In this document: positions 1 through 12,000 of the stretch, one piece after another
How the letters are laid out: every line of letters starts with the position of its first letter
Numbering within the stretch: the first letter of the stretch is position 1
Source: Methylococcales bacterium
GTDB lineage: Bacteria > Pseudomonadota > Gammaproteobacteria > Methylococcales > Methylomonadaceae
DNA: 64,000 bases
Assembly (NCBI GenBank): GCA_023144875.1
Contig: JAGLEW010000050.1
Span: 1,537-65,536, forward strand
Reading direction: 5' to 3'
Made by a program: the position numbers and the translations under genes
Notes under the pieces: model-generated
Seen by the model: the letters and a program-made list of their open reading frames with translations, nothing else
Told to the model about the DNA's origin: nothing
The model's database searches: none

Positions 1-2463
1 TTAGCGACTGTGCCAAAAATTATCGTTGCTAAACAAACGTTAAAGGCGATTGAACTACGGGTGAGTGCGGATGACGTGATGGAAAATGTCTACGGCCAAC
101 TGGGATTAAAATTAAAGCAATATGGACAACCACTATCTATAGACACGGCTTATTTACTTAAACAGCCGCAGCTTATATTAAGTAAGTTGAGTATTAAAGC
201 GCCAAAAACACAGATCAATGGAAATTTAGCGATTAATTTATCTAATACCAAAATTAACGGGACATTGAAGGCGCGCAGTGATTTAACAGGCTTAAAACCG
301 TGGCATCAACAAGCGTTGGCAGGACAATTACAGCTTGATACTACGTTTAAGCCTCAACAAGGACAACAATCCATTCAGTTTAAAACCGCGCTTAATCAAT
401 TTAAATTAGATCAACTCACTTTTGAAAACCTTCGTTTAAAAGGGCAGGTTGACGATGCGTTAACAACGCCAAAAATAAAGGCCAATGCCATTTTAAATAA
501 CCTCAAACAACAAGAAAGTTCAGTTGAGCAATTAAAATTAGCGGTGTCGGGTGTTTTAGAGCAATTAAAAATACAATTGTCGGTCAAAGGTAAGCATCAA
601 CAGCCGTTTGAAATCGCTTTAGCGGCGTTACTCAAGCAAACTGATCAACAAACACAGGTTGAATTACAATCGTTGACAGGGATGTTTATGAAGCAAAAAA
701 TTCAATTAACCGATACCAGTGAAATAACCATTCGTCCTCAACAAATGAGTGTGAGTCCTTTATCACTTTTTTTTGGCAAGGCACATTTGCACGCACAGGT
801 GGATTACAGTGCTGAAAAATTGGTAGGAAATGTGCAATTAGGCGTGCCATTAGAGTGGGTGAATACACTGGCAGGCACGGCATTTAAAGGGGATTTTAGC
901 ACCAATATTCAATTATCAGGCAATGCCGCCGCGCCTAAAATTGATGTGGCAATCAATTTAAAGGATTTAGCGCTGAAAGATGAAGTTTATGAAAAAATCC
1001 CCGCGACCCAAATTCAATTAAACGCCCATATAAATCACGAAAATATTCATGCAAACCTTGCGATTAACAATCCACAATTTAAAGCACCTTTATTAACGGA
1101 GTTAGAATTACCAATTCAATTAACGCTTGAGCCGTTTAACTTTGAAATTTCTAAACAAAAAAATCTTAAGGGAACTTTTACCGCCGCATTACAGTTGGAA
1201 GATTTAGTGAAAAGTTTTTCTTTAGACGATCAAAAAATAGCAGGTAATTTTAATGCCGATTTTTTGTTATCAGGTAGTTATGATGAACCTAACATTAAAG
1301 GTCGATTAGCGTTAACGAAGGGTGAGTATCAAAATTCAACCACGGAGACTTATTTAAAGGATATGCAATTGCAATTAGATGGGCATTCAAAGCAAGTGAC
1401 GCTCACGCATTTAAAAATATTTGACCCCAATCAAGGCAGTATTTTAGGGACAGGGGTTTTATCATTTGATACCGATGCGCATTTTCCGTTTAAAAGTGAT
1501 CTTAAATTCAACCATATTCAATTGGCTGACAGCGCATTAATCAAAACCCATCTCAGTGGCGGCTTAAAAATAAAAGGTGATATTCAACAGGCGCTGTTAT
1601 CAGGTCAATTAAACATTGATGATTTTCGATTAACACTGGCTTCGATGAGTTCTCAAAAAGAGATTCCAGAAATAGCGGTGATTGAAATTGGCAAAAATAG
1701 ACCCTCGGAAAAACAGCAATACGCAAAAAAGCAAGCAAAAACATCCATTTTTAAAATGAAGTTAGATGTGAAGGTACAGATTGCGAATCAATGTTTTATT
1801 AAAGGGTATGGTTTGGATTCTGAATGGGAAGGCGGGCTTACTATAAAAGGGGATGCTACTACGCCAAAAATTACGGGATTAATTAAAACTAAAAAAGGGT
1901 CATTGGATTTATTAAGCACTCGTTTTGTTTTAAGTCATGGACTGATTGATTTTAACGGCGCTTATCCACCGTTACCTAGTTTGGATATTGAGGCGATTGC
2001 CAGTTCTGATGATGGGGATGCGATTATTCAAATAAAAGGCATGGCAGATGATCCTAAATTAGTGTTAGCGCATGACCCTGTTAAACCTCAGAGTGAAATT
2101 ATTTCGCATTTATTGTTTAAAACTGACACCAAAACCATTTCACCGATGCAGGCTTTAAAATTAGCTGAAGTGGTTACTATGCTCGCCAGTGGTGGTTTGA
2201 TGAATATTGATACGATGGGTAGTTTGCAATCAGGATTGGGTCTAGACCGCTTAAGTATTGGTGGTGACAGCTTTAATAACGCTTCAGTAAAGGCGGGGAA
2301 ATACATTACCGATAAAATTTACTTAGAAGTTGAACAAGGCATAAAAAGTGCTTCAAGTAAGGCGACTATTGAAGTGGATTTATACCCTGAAATAAAAGCG
2401 GAATTAGAATTTAATCAAAATTCAAGCAGCTCGGTGGGGATTAAATGGAAGCGAGATTATTAG
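1..2463 (+). CDS. tamB: TamB (translocation and assembly module subunit B), C-terminal ~820 aa; the 5' end lies outside the window
   Basis: The frame is open from base 1, so the GTG at 10 is only the first in-window start. Long repetitive beta-rich sequence ending in a DUF490-type C-terminus (GKYITDKIYLEVEQG...IKWKRDY). Confidence 0.75.
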   Translation, partial: LATVPKIIVAKQTLKAIELRVSADDVMENVYGQLGLKLKQYGQPLSIDTAYLLKQPQLILSKLSIKAPKTQINGNLAINLSNTKINGTLKARSDLTGLKPWHQQALAGQLQLDTTFKPQQGQQSIQFKTALNQFKLDQLTFENLRLKGQVDDALTTPKIKANAILNNLKQQESSVEQLKLAVSGVLEQLKIQLSVKGKHQQPFEIALAALLKQTDQQTQVELQSLTGMFMKQKIQLTDTSEITIRPQQMSVSPLSLFFGKAHLHAQVDYSAEKLVGNVQLGVPLEWVNTLAGTAFKGDFSTNIQLSGNAAAPKIDVAINLKDLALKDEVYEKIPATQIQLNAHINHENIHANLAINNPQFKAPLLTELELPIQLTLEPFNFEISKQKNLKGTFTAALQLEDLVKSFSLDDQKIAGNFNADFLLSGSYDEPNIKGRLALTKGEYQNSTTETYLKDMQLQLDGHSKQVTLTHLKIFDPNQGSILGTGVLSFDTDAHFPFKSDLKFNHIQLADSALIKTHLSGGLKIKGDIQQALLSGQLNIDDFRLTLASMSSQKEIPEIAVIEIGKNRPSEKQQYAKKQAKTSIFKMKLDVKVQIANQCFIKGYGLDSEWEGGLTIKGDATTPKITGLIKTKKGSLDLLSTRFVLSHGLIDFNGAYPPLPSLDIEAIASSDDGDAIIQIKGMADDPKLVLAHDPVKPQSEIISHLLFKTDTKTISPMQALKLAEVVTMLASGGLMNIDTMGSLQSGLGLDRLSIGGDSFNNASVKAGKYITDKIYLEVEQGIKSASSKATIEVDLYPEIKAELEFNQNSSSSVGIKWKRDY

Positions 2464-2598
2464 TAATATTGTTCATTAGTGCACATTTTCAGCTTATAAC
2501 TCTGGTATTTTACGACAAAATGGGTATATAGCCACTATACAACGGGTACGCACCTGTTAAAATAAAACTATATTTGACTAATTTTTTAAGATACACAC

Positions 2599-5424
2599 AT
2601 GGATTATAAAAAAACGCTTAATCTTCCTAAAACAGCCTTTCCTATGAAAGGTAATTTAGCTCAACGTGAACCCATGCGTTTAAAACAATGGAATCAAGCA
2701 GACCTGTATCAACAAATTAGGGATGTAACCGCGGGTCGGCCTGTTTTTATTTTGCATGATGGCCCTCCTTACGCCAATGGTGAAATTCATATAGGCCATG
2801 CGGTGAATAAAATTTTGAAAGATATTATTCTTAAATCCAAAACTCTCGCAGGCTTCGATGCACCTTATATTCCTGGTTGGGATTGTCATGGTTTGCCGAT
2901 TGAATTACAGGTTGAGAAAAAAATTGGTAAAGCGGGGGCTAAGGTGTCGCCTGAAATTTTTCGTAAAGAATGTCGAAAATACGCCACTAAACAGGTTAAT
3001 AAACAAAAAGAAGCGTTTATTCGTTTAGGTATTTTAGGCGAATGGGATAAGCCTTATTTGACGATGGATTATCAGTTTGAAGCCGATATTGTGCGCTCAC
3101 TGGGTAAAATTTATAAAAATAATCACATTGAAAAAGGCGCAAAACCTGTGCATTGGTGCAGTGATTGTGGGTCGGCTTTAGCGGAAGCGGAGGTTGAATA
3201 CGAAGATAAACATTCGCCTGCGATTGATGTACGTTTTAAAGTATTAGACCCTCAAGCTTTGACCGAAAGTTGTCATGATGTCAATGATAATGAAGGCGAG
3301 GGGATATTGTCGGTGGTTATTTGGACAACAACCCCGTGGACATTACCTGCCAATCAAGCGGTTTGCGTACATTCTGATTTGGAATATGTCATTATTCAAA
3401 CCCAAATAGAAGGTGTGAGTGAGCGTTTATTGATCGCCGAAGCACTCTTAAAGGAAGTGATGCAGCGTTATAGTATTGAGGATTATCAAATACTCGCAAC
3501 TTGCAAGGGTGAGGTACTTGAACATCAATTATTACAACACCCGTTTTATGATCGCCACGTACCGATTATTTTAGGCGACCATGTTACTACCGAAGCAGGA
3601 ACAGGTGCTGTACATACCGCTCCTGGGCATGGACAAGACGATTATGTGGTTGGGCAACGCTATGGTTTACCAATTGATAATCCTGTGGGTAATAATGGTG
3701 TTTTTTTACCAAATACTGAATTTTTTGCAGGCGAACATGTTTTTAGTGCCAACAATCATGTCCTAGACGTGTTACAAGAAAAAGGGGCGTTGATTCATCA
3801 TCACACGCTCTTGCACAGTTACCCTCATTGTTGGCGACATAAAACCCCGATTATTTTTCGGGCTACACCGCAGTGGTTTATATCAATGGAGAAAAACAAT
3901 CTCCGTCAAATGGCATTGGATGCGGCTAAAAAAGTGGAATGGATTCCTGATTGGGGTATGGCTCGCATTGAATCTATGATGGATAATCGCCCTGATTGGT
4001 GTGTTTCGCGTCAACGAACGTGGGGTGTTCCTATTCCTTTTTTTGTGCATAAAGAAACAGGAAAATTACATCCAAAAACCGATGAATTAACGGAAACGAT
4101 AGCCTCAAAAATTGAGCAGCAGGGTATTGATGCGTGGTTTTCATCGGAGGTCGTTGATTTTTTAAGTGATGATGCGAAAGATTATGAAAAAATAACCGAT
4201 ACATTGGATGTATGGTTTGATTCAGGCGTGACCCACGAAGCGGTTATTAATCGTCGGGTGGCGTTAAATTTCCCCGCTGATTTATACTTAGAAGGTTCTG
4301 ATCAACATCGAGGCTGGTTTCAATCGTCTTTATTAACCTCAACGGCGATTAATGGTACAGCGCCTTATAAACAAGTGTTAACGCATGGATTTACCGTGGA
4401 TGCGAATGGCAAAAAGATGTCAAAATCAGTCGGCAATGTGATTGCACCACAGATGGTGATGAAAGATTTAGGGGCAGATGTCTTGCGTTTATGGGTAGCG
4501 GCGACCGATTATCGCGGTGAAATGAATGTCTCTATGGATATTTTAAAGCAAACGTCTGATGGTTATCGGCGCTTACGCAATACAGCGCGATTTTTATTGT
4601 CCAATTTGAATGATTTTGATCCTATCAAAGATCTTGTTGTGCCTGAGAATTTATTGGCACTTGATCGCTGGGTCATTGATAAAGCCTATCATTTACAAAC
4701 CGTGATTAAAGCAGACTATGAGGCGTATCAGTTTCAATCTATTTATCAAAAAGTCCATCATTTTTGTGCGATAGAGCTTGGAGGCTTTTATTTAGATATT
4801 ATTAAAGATCGGCAATATACTGCTAAAGCCAATGGTCTCGCACGACGTTCAGCGCAAACGGCTATTTTTCATGTTATTGAAGCACTTTCTCGCTGGCTTT
4901 CGCCTATTATTAGTTATACGGCGGATGAAATTTGGCAACATATTCCAGGTGAGCGCCGTGATTCTATTTTTTTAGAGACATGGTATGACGATTTGTTTCC
5001 ATTAGCGGCGGAAAGTACGATTAATACTGCTTGCTGGGATCATATTATTGCCAGTCGAATGGCGGTGAGTAAAGAATTAGAAGCCTTACGTTCTCATGGA
5101 AAAATTGGTTCTTCTCTTAATGCAGAAGTGGTTTTGTATTGCAGTGAGGAGATTTTTTCGAGTTTGCAACAAATTGAATCGGAATTACATTTTATTTTTA
5201 TTACCTCAAGTGCGGTTATTTTTCCGTTAAAGGATGCCTCAGAGGATGCAATGCAAACGGATTTAGCGGGTCTTAAGTTAAAAGCGGTTGCCTCAAATCA
5301 TGAAAAATGTGTACGTTGTTGGCATCATAAATCCGATGTAGGTAGCGATACGAGCCACCCTGAGTTGTGTGGTCGTTGCGTGGAAAATATTTCAGGTGAA
5401 GGTGAAGTGAGACATTATGCTTAA
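2599..5424 (+). CDS. ileS: Isoleucyl-tRNA synthetase
   Basis: 941 aa (E. coli IleS is 938). HIGH motif ([14 protein letters not shown]), KMSKS motif (GKKMSKSVG) and a C-terminal zinc finger CVRCWHH...CGRC. Confidence 0.97.
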   Translation: MDYKKTLNLPKTAFPMKGNLAQREPMRLKQWNQADLYQQIRDVTAGRPVFILHDGPPYANGEIHIGHAVNKILKDIILKSKTLAGFDAPYIPGWDCHGLPIELQVEKKIGKAGAKVSPEIFRKECRKYATKQVNKQKEAFIRLGILGEWDKPYLTMDYQFEADIVRSLGKIYKNNHIEKGAKPVHWCSDCGSALAEAEVEYEDKHSPAIDVRFKVLDPQALTESCHDVNDNEGEGILSVVIWTTTPWTLPANQAVCVHSDLEYVIIQTQIEGVSERLLIAEALLKEVMQRYSIEDYQILATCKGEVLEHQLLQHPFYDRHVPIILGDHVTTEAGTGAVHTAPGHGQDDYVVGQRYGLPIDNPVGNNGVFLPNTEFFAGEHVFSANNHVLDVLQEKGALIHHHTLLHSYPHCWRHKTPIIFRATPQWFISMEKNNLRQMALDAAKKVEWIPDWGMARIESMMDNRPDWCVSRQRTWGVPIPFFVHKETGKLHPKTDELTETIASKIEQQGIDAWFSSEVVDFLSDDAKDYEKITDTLDVWFDSGVTHEAVINRRVALNFPADLYLEGSDQHRGWFQSSLLTSTAINGTAPYKQVLTHGFTVDANGKKMSKSVGNVIAPQMVMKDLGADVLRLWVAATDYRGEMNVSMDILKQTSDGYRRLRNTARFLLSNLNDFDPIKDLVVPENLLALDRWVIDKAYHLQTVIKADYEAYQFQSIYQKVHHFCAIELGGFYLDIIKDRQYTAKANGLARRSAQTAIFHVIEALSRWLSPIISYTADEIWQHIPGERRDSIFLETWYDDLFPLAAESTINTACWDHIIASRMAVSKELEALRSHGKIGSSLNAEVVLYCSEEIFSSLQQIESELHFIFITSSAVIFPLKDASEDAMQTDLAGLKLKAVASNHEKCVRCWHHKSDVGSDTSHPELCGRCVENISGEGEVRHYA

Positions 5425-5899
5425 ATGGTTAGGACTGTCTTTTATTATTATTGTATTGGATCAATGGAGTAAATTGTCGGTGACAGCGACAATGCAACTT
5501 TATGAGTCCATTGAAATTCTCTCAAATTTTAATTTAACTTATGTTCGTAATGAAGGTGCCGCTTTTAGTTTTTTAAGTGATGCGGGTGGCTGGCAACGAT
5601 GGTTGTTTGCCATCTTAGCATTTGTTATTAGTCTTATTATTACGGTTTGGATTTTTCGTTTAAGCAAACAAGAGCTTTTACTGGCAGTGGCATTATCCTT
5701 AGTGTTAGGAGGTGCGGTGGGTAATTTAATTGACCGTGTGGCTTATGGCTATGTTATTGATTTCTTGGATGTTTATTATAAAGATTGGCATTGGCCTGCT
5801 TTTAATGTTGCGGACTCTGCGATTTGTCTTGGGGTGGGTTTAATGTTACTTGAAAGTTTTGGTGTGGGGCGACCTGAACAGAGGTTTAGTGATTCATAA
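5417..5899 (+). CDS. lspA: Lipoprotein signal peptidase (signal peptidase II)
   Basis: 160 aa polytopic protein with NEGAAFSFL and [11 protein letters not shown] motifs. The start overlaps the ileS stop by 8 nt, matching the conserved ileS-lspA pairing. Confidence 0.95.
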   Translation: MLKWLGLSFIIIVLDQWSKLSVTATMQLYESIEILSNFNLTYVRNEGAAFSFLSDAGGWQRWLFAILAFVISLIITVWIFRLSKQELLLAVALSLVLGGAVGNLIDRVAYGYVIDFLDVYYKDWHWPAFNVADSAICLGVGLMLLESFGVGRPEQRFSDS

Positions 5900-6011
5900 T
5901 AGGGCTAATTTTCATCAATGGAGGGTTTTTATTCCTAACATTGTTAGTGGTTGCCCCGTTTTTAAATTTAATGGATAATGAAGAGTTCACAAATTTTTAA
6001 GTTTATTTATC

Positions 6012-6392
6012 ATGCAAACGACGATGCTTAAGGCAAAACTCCACCGCGCAACCGTTACCCATGCCGAATTAGGGTATGAAGGTTCTTGCGCTATTGATAC
6101 CAGAATTTTAGATTTTGCAGGAATCAAAGAGTATGAACAAATTCAAATCTATAATATTACCAATGGTGAACGCTTTACCACTTATGCTATCAGGGCGGAA
6201 GAAAACTCTAAAATATTTTCAATTAATGGGGCGGCCGCTCGTAAAGCCTGCCCTGGTGATTTAATTATTGTCTGCGCTTTTGCAGCGTATACCGAAGCAG
6301 AATTAATTAATTTTAAACCCACGTTAGTTTATTTTGATGAATATAACGCTATGATCCGTTCAGCACAAGCGATTCCTATACAAGCGGCATAA
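6012..6392 (+). CDS. panD: Aspartate 1-decarboxylase (pyruvoyl-dependent)
   Basis: 126 aa. N-terminus [25 protein letters not shown] includes the Gly-Ser self-cleavage site. Confidence 0.93.
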   Translation: MQTTMLKAKLHRATVTHAELGYEGSCAIDTRILDFAGIKEYEQIQIYNITNGERFTTYAIRAEENSKIFSINGAAARKACPGDLIIVCAFAAYTEAELINFKPTLVYFDEYNAMIRSAQAIPIQAA

Positions 6393-6448
6393 CTCATTGT
6401 TTTCATAACTTCTATCTTTCATTTATCGCCTAAAACCTCTGATTTACT

Positions 6449-6919
6449 ATGCAAATAAAACTCATTTCAGTTGGAAAAAAAATGCCAGCTTGGGTTGAGC
6501 AAGGGTACCAAGATTATTCAAAACGGCTCCCTAGGGAATGCGCTCTGCATTTAAAAGAGATTTCAGCGGGTAAAAGAACGCAAAAGAGTGACACCCAAAA
6601 AATCATACGGGAAGAAGGAGACAAAATGTTAGCGGCTATTCCAGCCCGATCTCATATTGTCATCTTAGATGTTTCAGGGAAACCGTGGTCAACCAAACAA
6701 TTATCACAACAGCTGCAAAAATGGCTTGAAAGCGGTCAAAATATCGCTTTGTTGATTGGAGGGCCTGAAGGATTATCGGCGGCAGTCAAAGAAAAAGCAC
6801 AGCAATCATGGAGTTTATCCAATCTTACTTTTCCTCACCCGTTAGCTCGGGTGTTAGTGTCTGAGCAGATTTACCGTGCGTGGAGTTTATTGAAAAATCA
6901 CCCTTACCACCGTGAATAA
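6449..6919 (+). CDS. rlmH: 23S rRNA (pseudouridine1915-N3)-methyltransferase RlmH (SPOUT family)
   Basis: 156 aa. C-terminal LIGGPEGLS...FPHPLARVLVSEQIYRAWSLLKNHPYH is typical of RlmH/YbeA. Confidence 0.9.
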   Translation: MQIKLISVGKKMPAWVEQGYQDYSKRLPRECALHLKEISAGKRTQKSDTQKIIREEGDKMLAAIPARSHIVILDVSGKPWSTKQLSQQLQKWLESGQNIALLIGGPEGLSAAVKEKAQQSWSLSNLTFPHPLARVLVSEQIYRAWSLLKNHPYHRE

Positions 6920-7497
6920 TGATGACACAAATTATTTTAGCATCAGCCTCTCCAAGACGTTCTGAACTTTTAAACCAACTGGGAATAGGGCATCAAATAA
7001 AAGCGGTTGCTATTAATGAAACCCCTTTTTTAGGTGAATTACCCCTAAATTATGTGCAACGAATGGCGGCTGAAAAATCAGCGGCATGCGCTCAATTACA
7101 CTCTACATCATTCCCTATTTTAGCGGCAGATACGGCGGTTATTTTAAACAATAAAATCATGGGAAAACCTGAAAATGAAGCCCATGCCGCGCAAATGTTG
7201 AGGCAATTGTCAGGGAAAACACATGAGGTTTATAGTGCGATTTCTTTACGTGGAAAACAGCACTGGCAACGTGTGAGTATCACAAAAGTGATGTTTCGTG
7301 TGATTACTGAGTGTGAAATAAAAGCCTATTGGAAAACAACAGAGCCTGCGGATAAAGCGGGTGGCTATGCCATTCAAGGTATCGGCAGTATTTTTATTCA
7401 AACTATTACGGGTAGTTTTTCTGGGGTGATGGGATTGCCCTTATTTGAAACTGCCGAAATTTTAACCGAACAAGGACTTGATATTATCCATGAGTGA
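6919..7497 (+). CDS. maf: Maf/YhdE-family nucleoside triphosphate pyrophosphatase
   Basis: ILASASPRRSELL and DKAGGYAIQG motifs. Sits upstream of rng as in E. coli. The start could be the second ATG at 6922. Confidence 0.9.
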   Translation: MMTQIILASASPRRSELLNQLGIGHQIKAVAINETPFLGELPLNYVQRMAAEKSAACAQLHSTSFPILAADTAVILNNKIMGKPENEAHAAQMLRQLSGKTHEVYSAISLRGKQHWQRVSITKVMFRVITECEIKAYWKTTEPADKAGGYAIQGIGSIFIQTITGSFSGVMGLPLFETAEILTEQGLDIIHE

Positions 7498-8935
7498 AGA
7501 AATTTTAATCAATGTAACGCCACCTGAAACACGGGTTGCACTCATCGAAAATGGTATTTTACAAGAACTGGTGATTGAACGAGTACTTCAGCGGGGTTTA
7601 GTCGGCAATATTTATAAAGGCGAAGTCTGTCGTGTCTTGCCAGGAATGCAGGCCGCTTTTGTTGATATTGGTTTACCAAAAGCGGCTTTTTTACATTTTT
7701 CAGACTTTAATATTAAAGAGAAAGACTCTCAAAATATTGAAGCATCGTTACATGAAAAGCAAGTGGTAGTGGTTCAAGTCATCAAAGATCCGTTAGGGTC
7801 TAAAGGCGCACGATTAACCACCGATATTTCGATTCCTTCGCGTTTTCAGGTCTATATGCCTTATAGTAAAACGGCAGGAATTTCTCAACGGATTGAATGC
7901 GCTCAAGAACGTCAACGTTTAAAAGCGTGTATTATCGCCTTTCAGAAAAAAAATGATTGTGGTGGTTTTATTACCCGAACAGCGGCAGAGTGTATTGAAG
8001 AAACGACGTTATTATCGGAAATGCGATTTCTGATTCAATTATGGGAATCAATTAAAATAAAGATTGAAGCTACCTCGCCTAAAAATTTAGTGCATCAGGA
8101 TTTTCCTTTAAGTGAACGTATACTGCGTGATCTACATCATGAAGAAATACAACGAATACGAATAGACTCGCGTGAAACTTATCAGCGCGTGGTGGAGTTT
8201 TCCAAAATATTTGTGCCTGAAATTGTCCCAGTAATTGAGCATTACTCAGGTGAATGCCCTGTGTTTGATATTTATAATGTTGAAGGCGAAATTAAAAAAG
8301 CCTTAGATCGTAAGGTACCGTTAAAATCAGGTGGCTATTTGGTGTTTGATCAAACGGAAGCGATGACAACGATTGATGTGAATACAGGAGGGTATGTTGG
8401 GGGTAAAAATCTTGAGGAGACTATTTTTAAAACCAACCTTGAGGCGGCACGAACTTTAACGCGTCAATTAAGGCTTCGGAATTTAGGCGGCATTATTATC
8501 ATTGATTTTATTGATATGAAAAGCGTCTCTCATCGAGATCAAGTGTTGGAGGCATTAGCGCGTTATTTAACAAAAGATCATGCAAAAAATCACATTACAA
8601 CGGTCTCAGAATTGGGGCTGGTTGAAATGACCCGTAAGCGTACCCGTGAAAGTTTAGAGCATATTCTTTGTGAACCTTGTTCTGTCTGTGAAGGGCGAGG
8701 GGTATTAAAAACCGTGGAGTCTATTTGTCTTGAAATTTTTCGAGAAATCATTCGTGAAGTTCGACAATATAAAGTTCATCAATTATTAGTGTTGGCTTCT
8801 AATGAAGTGGTCGAAGCTTTATTAGATGAGGCGGCGGATATGTTGTCTGAATTAGAAGTTTTTTTGAAGGTTCAGATTAAATTTCGATCGGAAAGAGAAT
8901 ATACTCAAGAACAATACGATGTGGTTTTATTGTAG
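7490..8935 (+). CDS. rng: Ribonuclease G
   Basis: S1 domain (GNIYKGEVCRVLPGMQAAFVDIG) and RNase E/G catalytic region (AMTTIDVNTGGYVG, IIIIDFIDM). The ORF track starts at 7478. I prefer ATG 7490 (MSEEILINVTPPETRVA), which matches the E. coli RNase G N-terminus and overlaps the maf stop. Confidence 0.9.
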   Translation: MSEEILINVTPPETRVALIENGILQELVIERVLQRGLVGNIYKGEVCRVLPGMQAAFVDIGLPKAAFLHFSDFNIKEKDSQNIEASLHEKQVVVVQVIKDPLGSKGARLTTDISIPSRFQVYMPYSKTAGISQRIECAQERQRLKACIIAFQKKNDCGGFITRTAAECIEETTLLSEMRFLIQLWESIKIKIEATSPKNLVHQDFPLSERILRDLHHEEIQRIRIDSRETYQRVVEFSKIFVPEIVPVIEHYSGECPVFDIYNVEGEIKKALDRKVPLKSGGYLVFDQTEAMTTIDVNTGGYVGGKNLEETIFKTNLEAARTLTRQLRLRNLGGIIIIDFIDMKSVSHRDQVLEALARYLTKDHAKNHITTVSELGLVEMTRKRTRESLEHILCEPCSVCEGRGVLKTVESICLEIFREIIREVRQYKVHQLLVLASNEVVEALLDEAADMLSELEVFLKVQIKFRSEREYTQEQYDVVLL

Positions 8936-9000
8936 TCACTGATAATGTGGAACACCTAAAAGTGGCATTCTGATTTTTAGCTTTTTATTGGAAATAATGC

Positions 9001-12000
9001 GTGATAGCTCGGTTTATACGCTACTTTTTTTTTATCGGTCTTATTATTATTGCGGTTATTGTGACCGCGCTACGGATTTTTATTTTAACCATAGATCTTC
9101 ATAAAAATAGTTTAGAGCGTGTTCTTTCTGGGTTTATTGATACCACCGTCACTATCAAAACCGTTTCAGCAAAAATGTATCGGTTTTCTCCTGAAATTAT
9201 TCTACAAAATATTACCCTTTTTAATAGCACAAACCCGAAAGAAAATATTACCCTGAAAGAATTACGTATTAGAATTAATTTGTTTGAGGTTTTATTGCAC
9301 GATCAAATGATGCAATCGCTGCGTATTTCGTTGGTTGGGGCAAAACTTTCGGTTATTCGGCAAACCGATGGACGATTTTCGTTAGTCGGTTTAAAAGCAG
9401 GCGGTGGTGAGGGGCAGCCTTTATGGTTATTACAAGGTCAAAACTATCAGCTGATTGACAGCGAAATTAGCTGGCTTAATAAAAAAAGACACGGTAAAAC
9501 CTTAACCTTTAAAAACGTCAATGTGGTGATTAAAAATGATCAACGCCATAATCGACATCAAGCTTTTTTTTTAAGTCACCTGCCATCGGAATATGGTAAA
9601 AAATTACGCATAGCTATTGATATTAAAGGCGATGTTTTTCAGCCTAATAGCATACATGGTCAAGTCTTTGTTGAAGGTGAAGATATACAGTTTGCTAAAT
9701 TACTGACAGGGCAATTACCTTTTGAGTTAAAACTGAGCCAAGGCAGTGGGACATTTAAAGCGTGGGGGCAGATTAAAAACTCTGAATTAAAAGGTTTAAG
9801 CGGTCATATTCACGCAAAAGATTTAAGTTTACGCCGACAAAATAATAAAAAATTACATTTTAAATCACTTAAAGGACGGTTTAACTGGGCAACGAATGAT
9901 CAAAACTGGGCATTAAAAGTGGCTGATTTATATACGCAGGTTGCTCAAAAAAAGTTAAAAAGATCTGATTTTTTTTTGCATTATCAGCAAAACAAACGCT
10001 CTAAAAAACAAATAAGTGCTGAAATTAAGCAAGTTGATTTACAGTTATTTAGCCAGTTTTATCAATTTTTTAAGCCCTTAGCCGCAGACAGTGGACACAA
10101 TGATAAGGCAGTTTCCGTCACAGGGCTGTTAACAAATGGCCGTATTTTTGCCGATTTAACACAGCAACAGTATGCACTTAAGGCAGATTTTAAATACCTT
10201 GGGATAAAGGGGCTTGAGCAGATACCACAACTTTCCAATTTATCTGGCTCTATTCAAGGCACGGAGGCGCATGGTTATTTAACGATCAATAGTCAAAATA
10301 TAGCGTTTAAAACTCAAAGCTTCTTTCGGGCACCGCTTGAAATTTCTCAATTAAAAGGGCGTTTTCAATGGCGTCAATCAGCGCATCAATGGTTTTTAAC
10401 GACTGAAAAATTACGACTAAAAACCCCTTATTTTACAAGTACTCATACAATGAGACTGCAAATTTTTAAAAAAGAGAGACCGACCTCTATTGATTTGCAA
10501 ACTCATTTTAGAAATATAAAATCGGTGCAAGCGCTGAAACGTTATTATCCTGCGGGTATTATGGATAAAGAGGTACTAACTTGGCTTGATAATGCGTTTG
10601 TAACAGGTGAAGTAACCGCTGGACACTTGCAACTTTCAGGTAATTTAGCTGATTTTCCTTTTGATAAAAAAGACGGTGTTTTTAGCGTGAATTTTCATGT
10701 AAAGGATCTTGAATTAGCCTATGATGAGTTTTGGCCAAATTTTAAATCCATTCAAGCTGAGGTGGCTTTTTCAAAAGATAAGGTAGAAATTGCGGTCAAT
10801 CACGGGCAATCGGGTGATATAAAGGTTAAAAATGTACAAGTTAACATCACCTCTTTATCGGAAGCGGCTTTATTATCGCTCTCAGGTCAGGTGGAAAGTG
10901 AGGTGATGGCGGGGTTGAAATGGCTTAAAAGTACTCCGCTGAGCTTGCCTATCGATACGGTTTTAACCCAATTAACGGTTAACGGGCGTACAGAAGTTGA
11001 TTTAAATTTAACGATTCCTTTAAGCAATGAAGGGCATGAAACGGTAAAAGGCAAAGTCAAACTAGATCAAGCCAGTCTTTATATTAAACCCCTTGATTTA
11101 TCGGTTAGTGAGATTAAAGGGCAGGTTTTTTTTGATGAGAAAGGGTTTCATGGTCATAAATTACAAGCGAAAGCCTTTGATTCGCCTATTACGGCTCAAC
11201 TGAAAAAAAATTCAGCGGTTTTTAAAGTGGGTGTTAACGGAAAAATGGCCGTACAGCAATTGCGTACTTTGGTTGATTCTGCTTGGTTAGACTTAGCTTA
11301 TGGGCAAACGACTTATCAACTTAACCTTCAAATTCCAGTTGATGAGCAAAAAGAGACACAGGTTGAAATTCAGTCCAATTTGCAAGGGATCACATTAAAA
11401 TTGCCTATAGGGTTACAAAAAAAAATAGGCGAGAAAAAACCATTAACGATTGCATTTCCTATTAATGATCAACCATTATTACCGATTCGGTTATCGTACA
11501 ATAAAACCCTTAAAGCACGGGTGAAATTTGATAAACAACAGCAAAAACTGCATTCAGCCGCGATAAGCTGGGGAACGGGGGCAGTAAATTTTTTAACTAA
11601 GCCAGAAATTTATGTGCAGATTAATCAGCCACGTTTATCACCGCTCGCATGGATGGGCTTAATGGATCATCAAAAACCAGACATCAAAGACCAGATTACC
11701 TCGTCTCTACCTTTACGAATTGATATTGAAACCCCACAATTATGTATAAAGGATAAAAATTTAGGCGCGGTTAGTTTACAGATTAATCAGCGCAATAATA
11801 ATCTAAAAGGGTCTTTAAAAAGCACGATACTCAGTGGAAAATTTGAAGGCAATAAGGATGAATATAACTTAAATTTAGAGTTTATGGATGTTTCTAAATT
11901 AACGGAGTTAACCTTCCCTGTTATAAAAAAAACAAAGGCTTCCTTAAAAAAATTACCGCTTATTCAGGTTTATAGTAAAAAATTAATTTGGCGTGAGGTT

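Noticed and set aside
2680-3766. Short ORFs inside ileS (2680-2889 minus strand, 3581-3766 plus strand out of frame)
   Set aside because: They are embedded in a 941-aa gene with unambiguous class I synthetase motifs, and have no independent signals.
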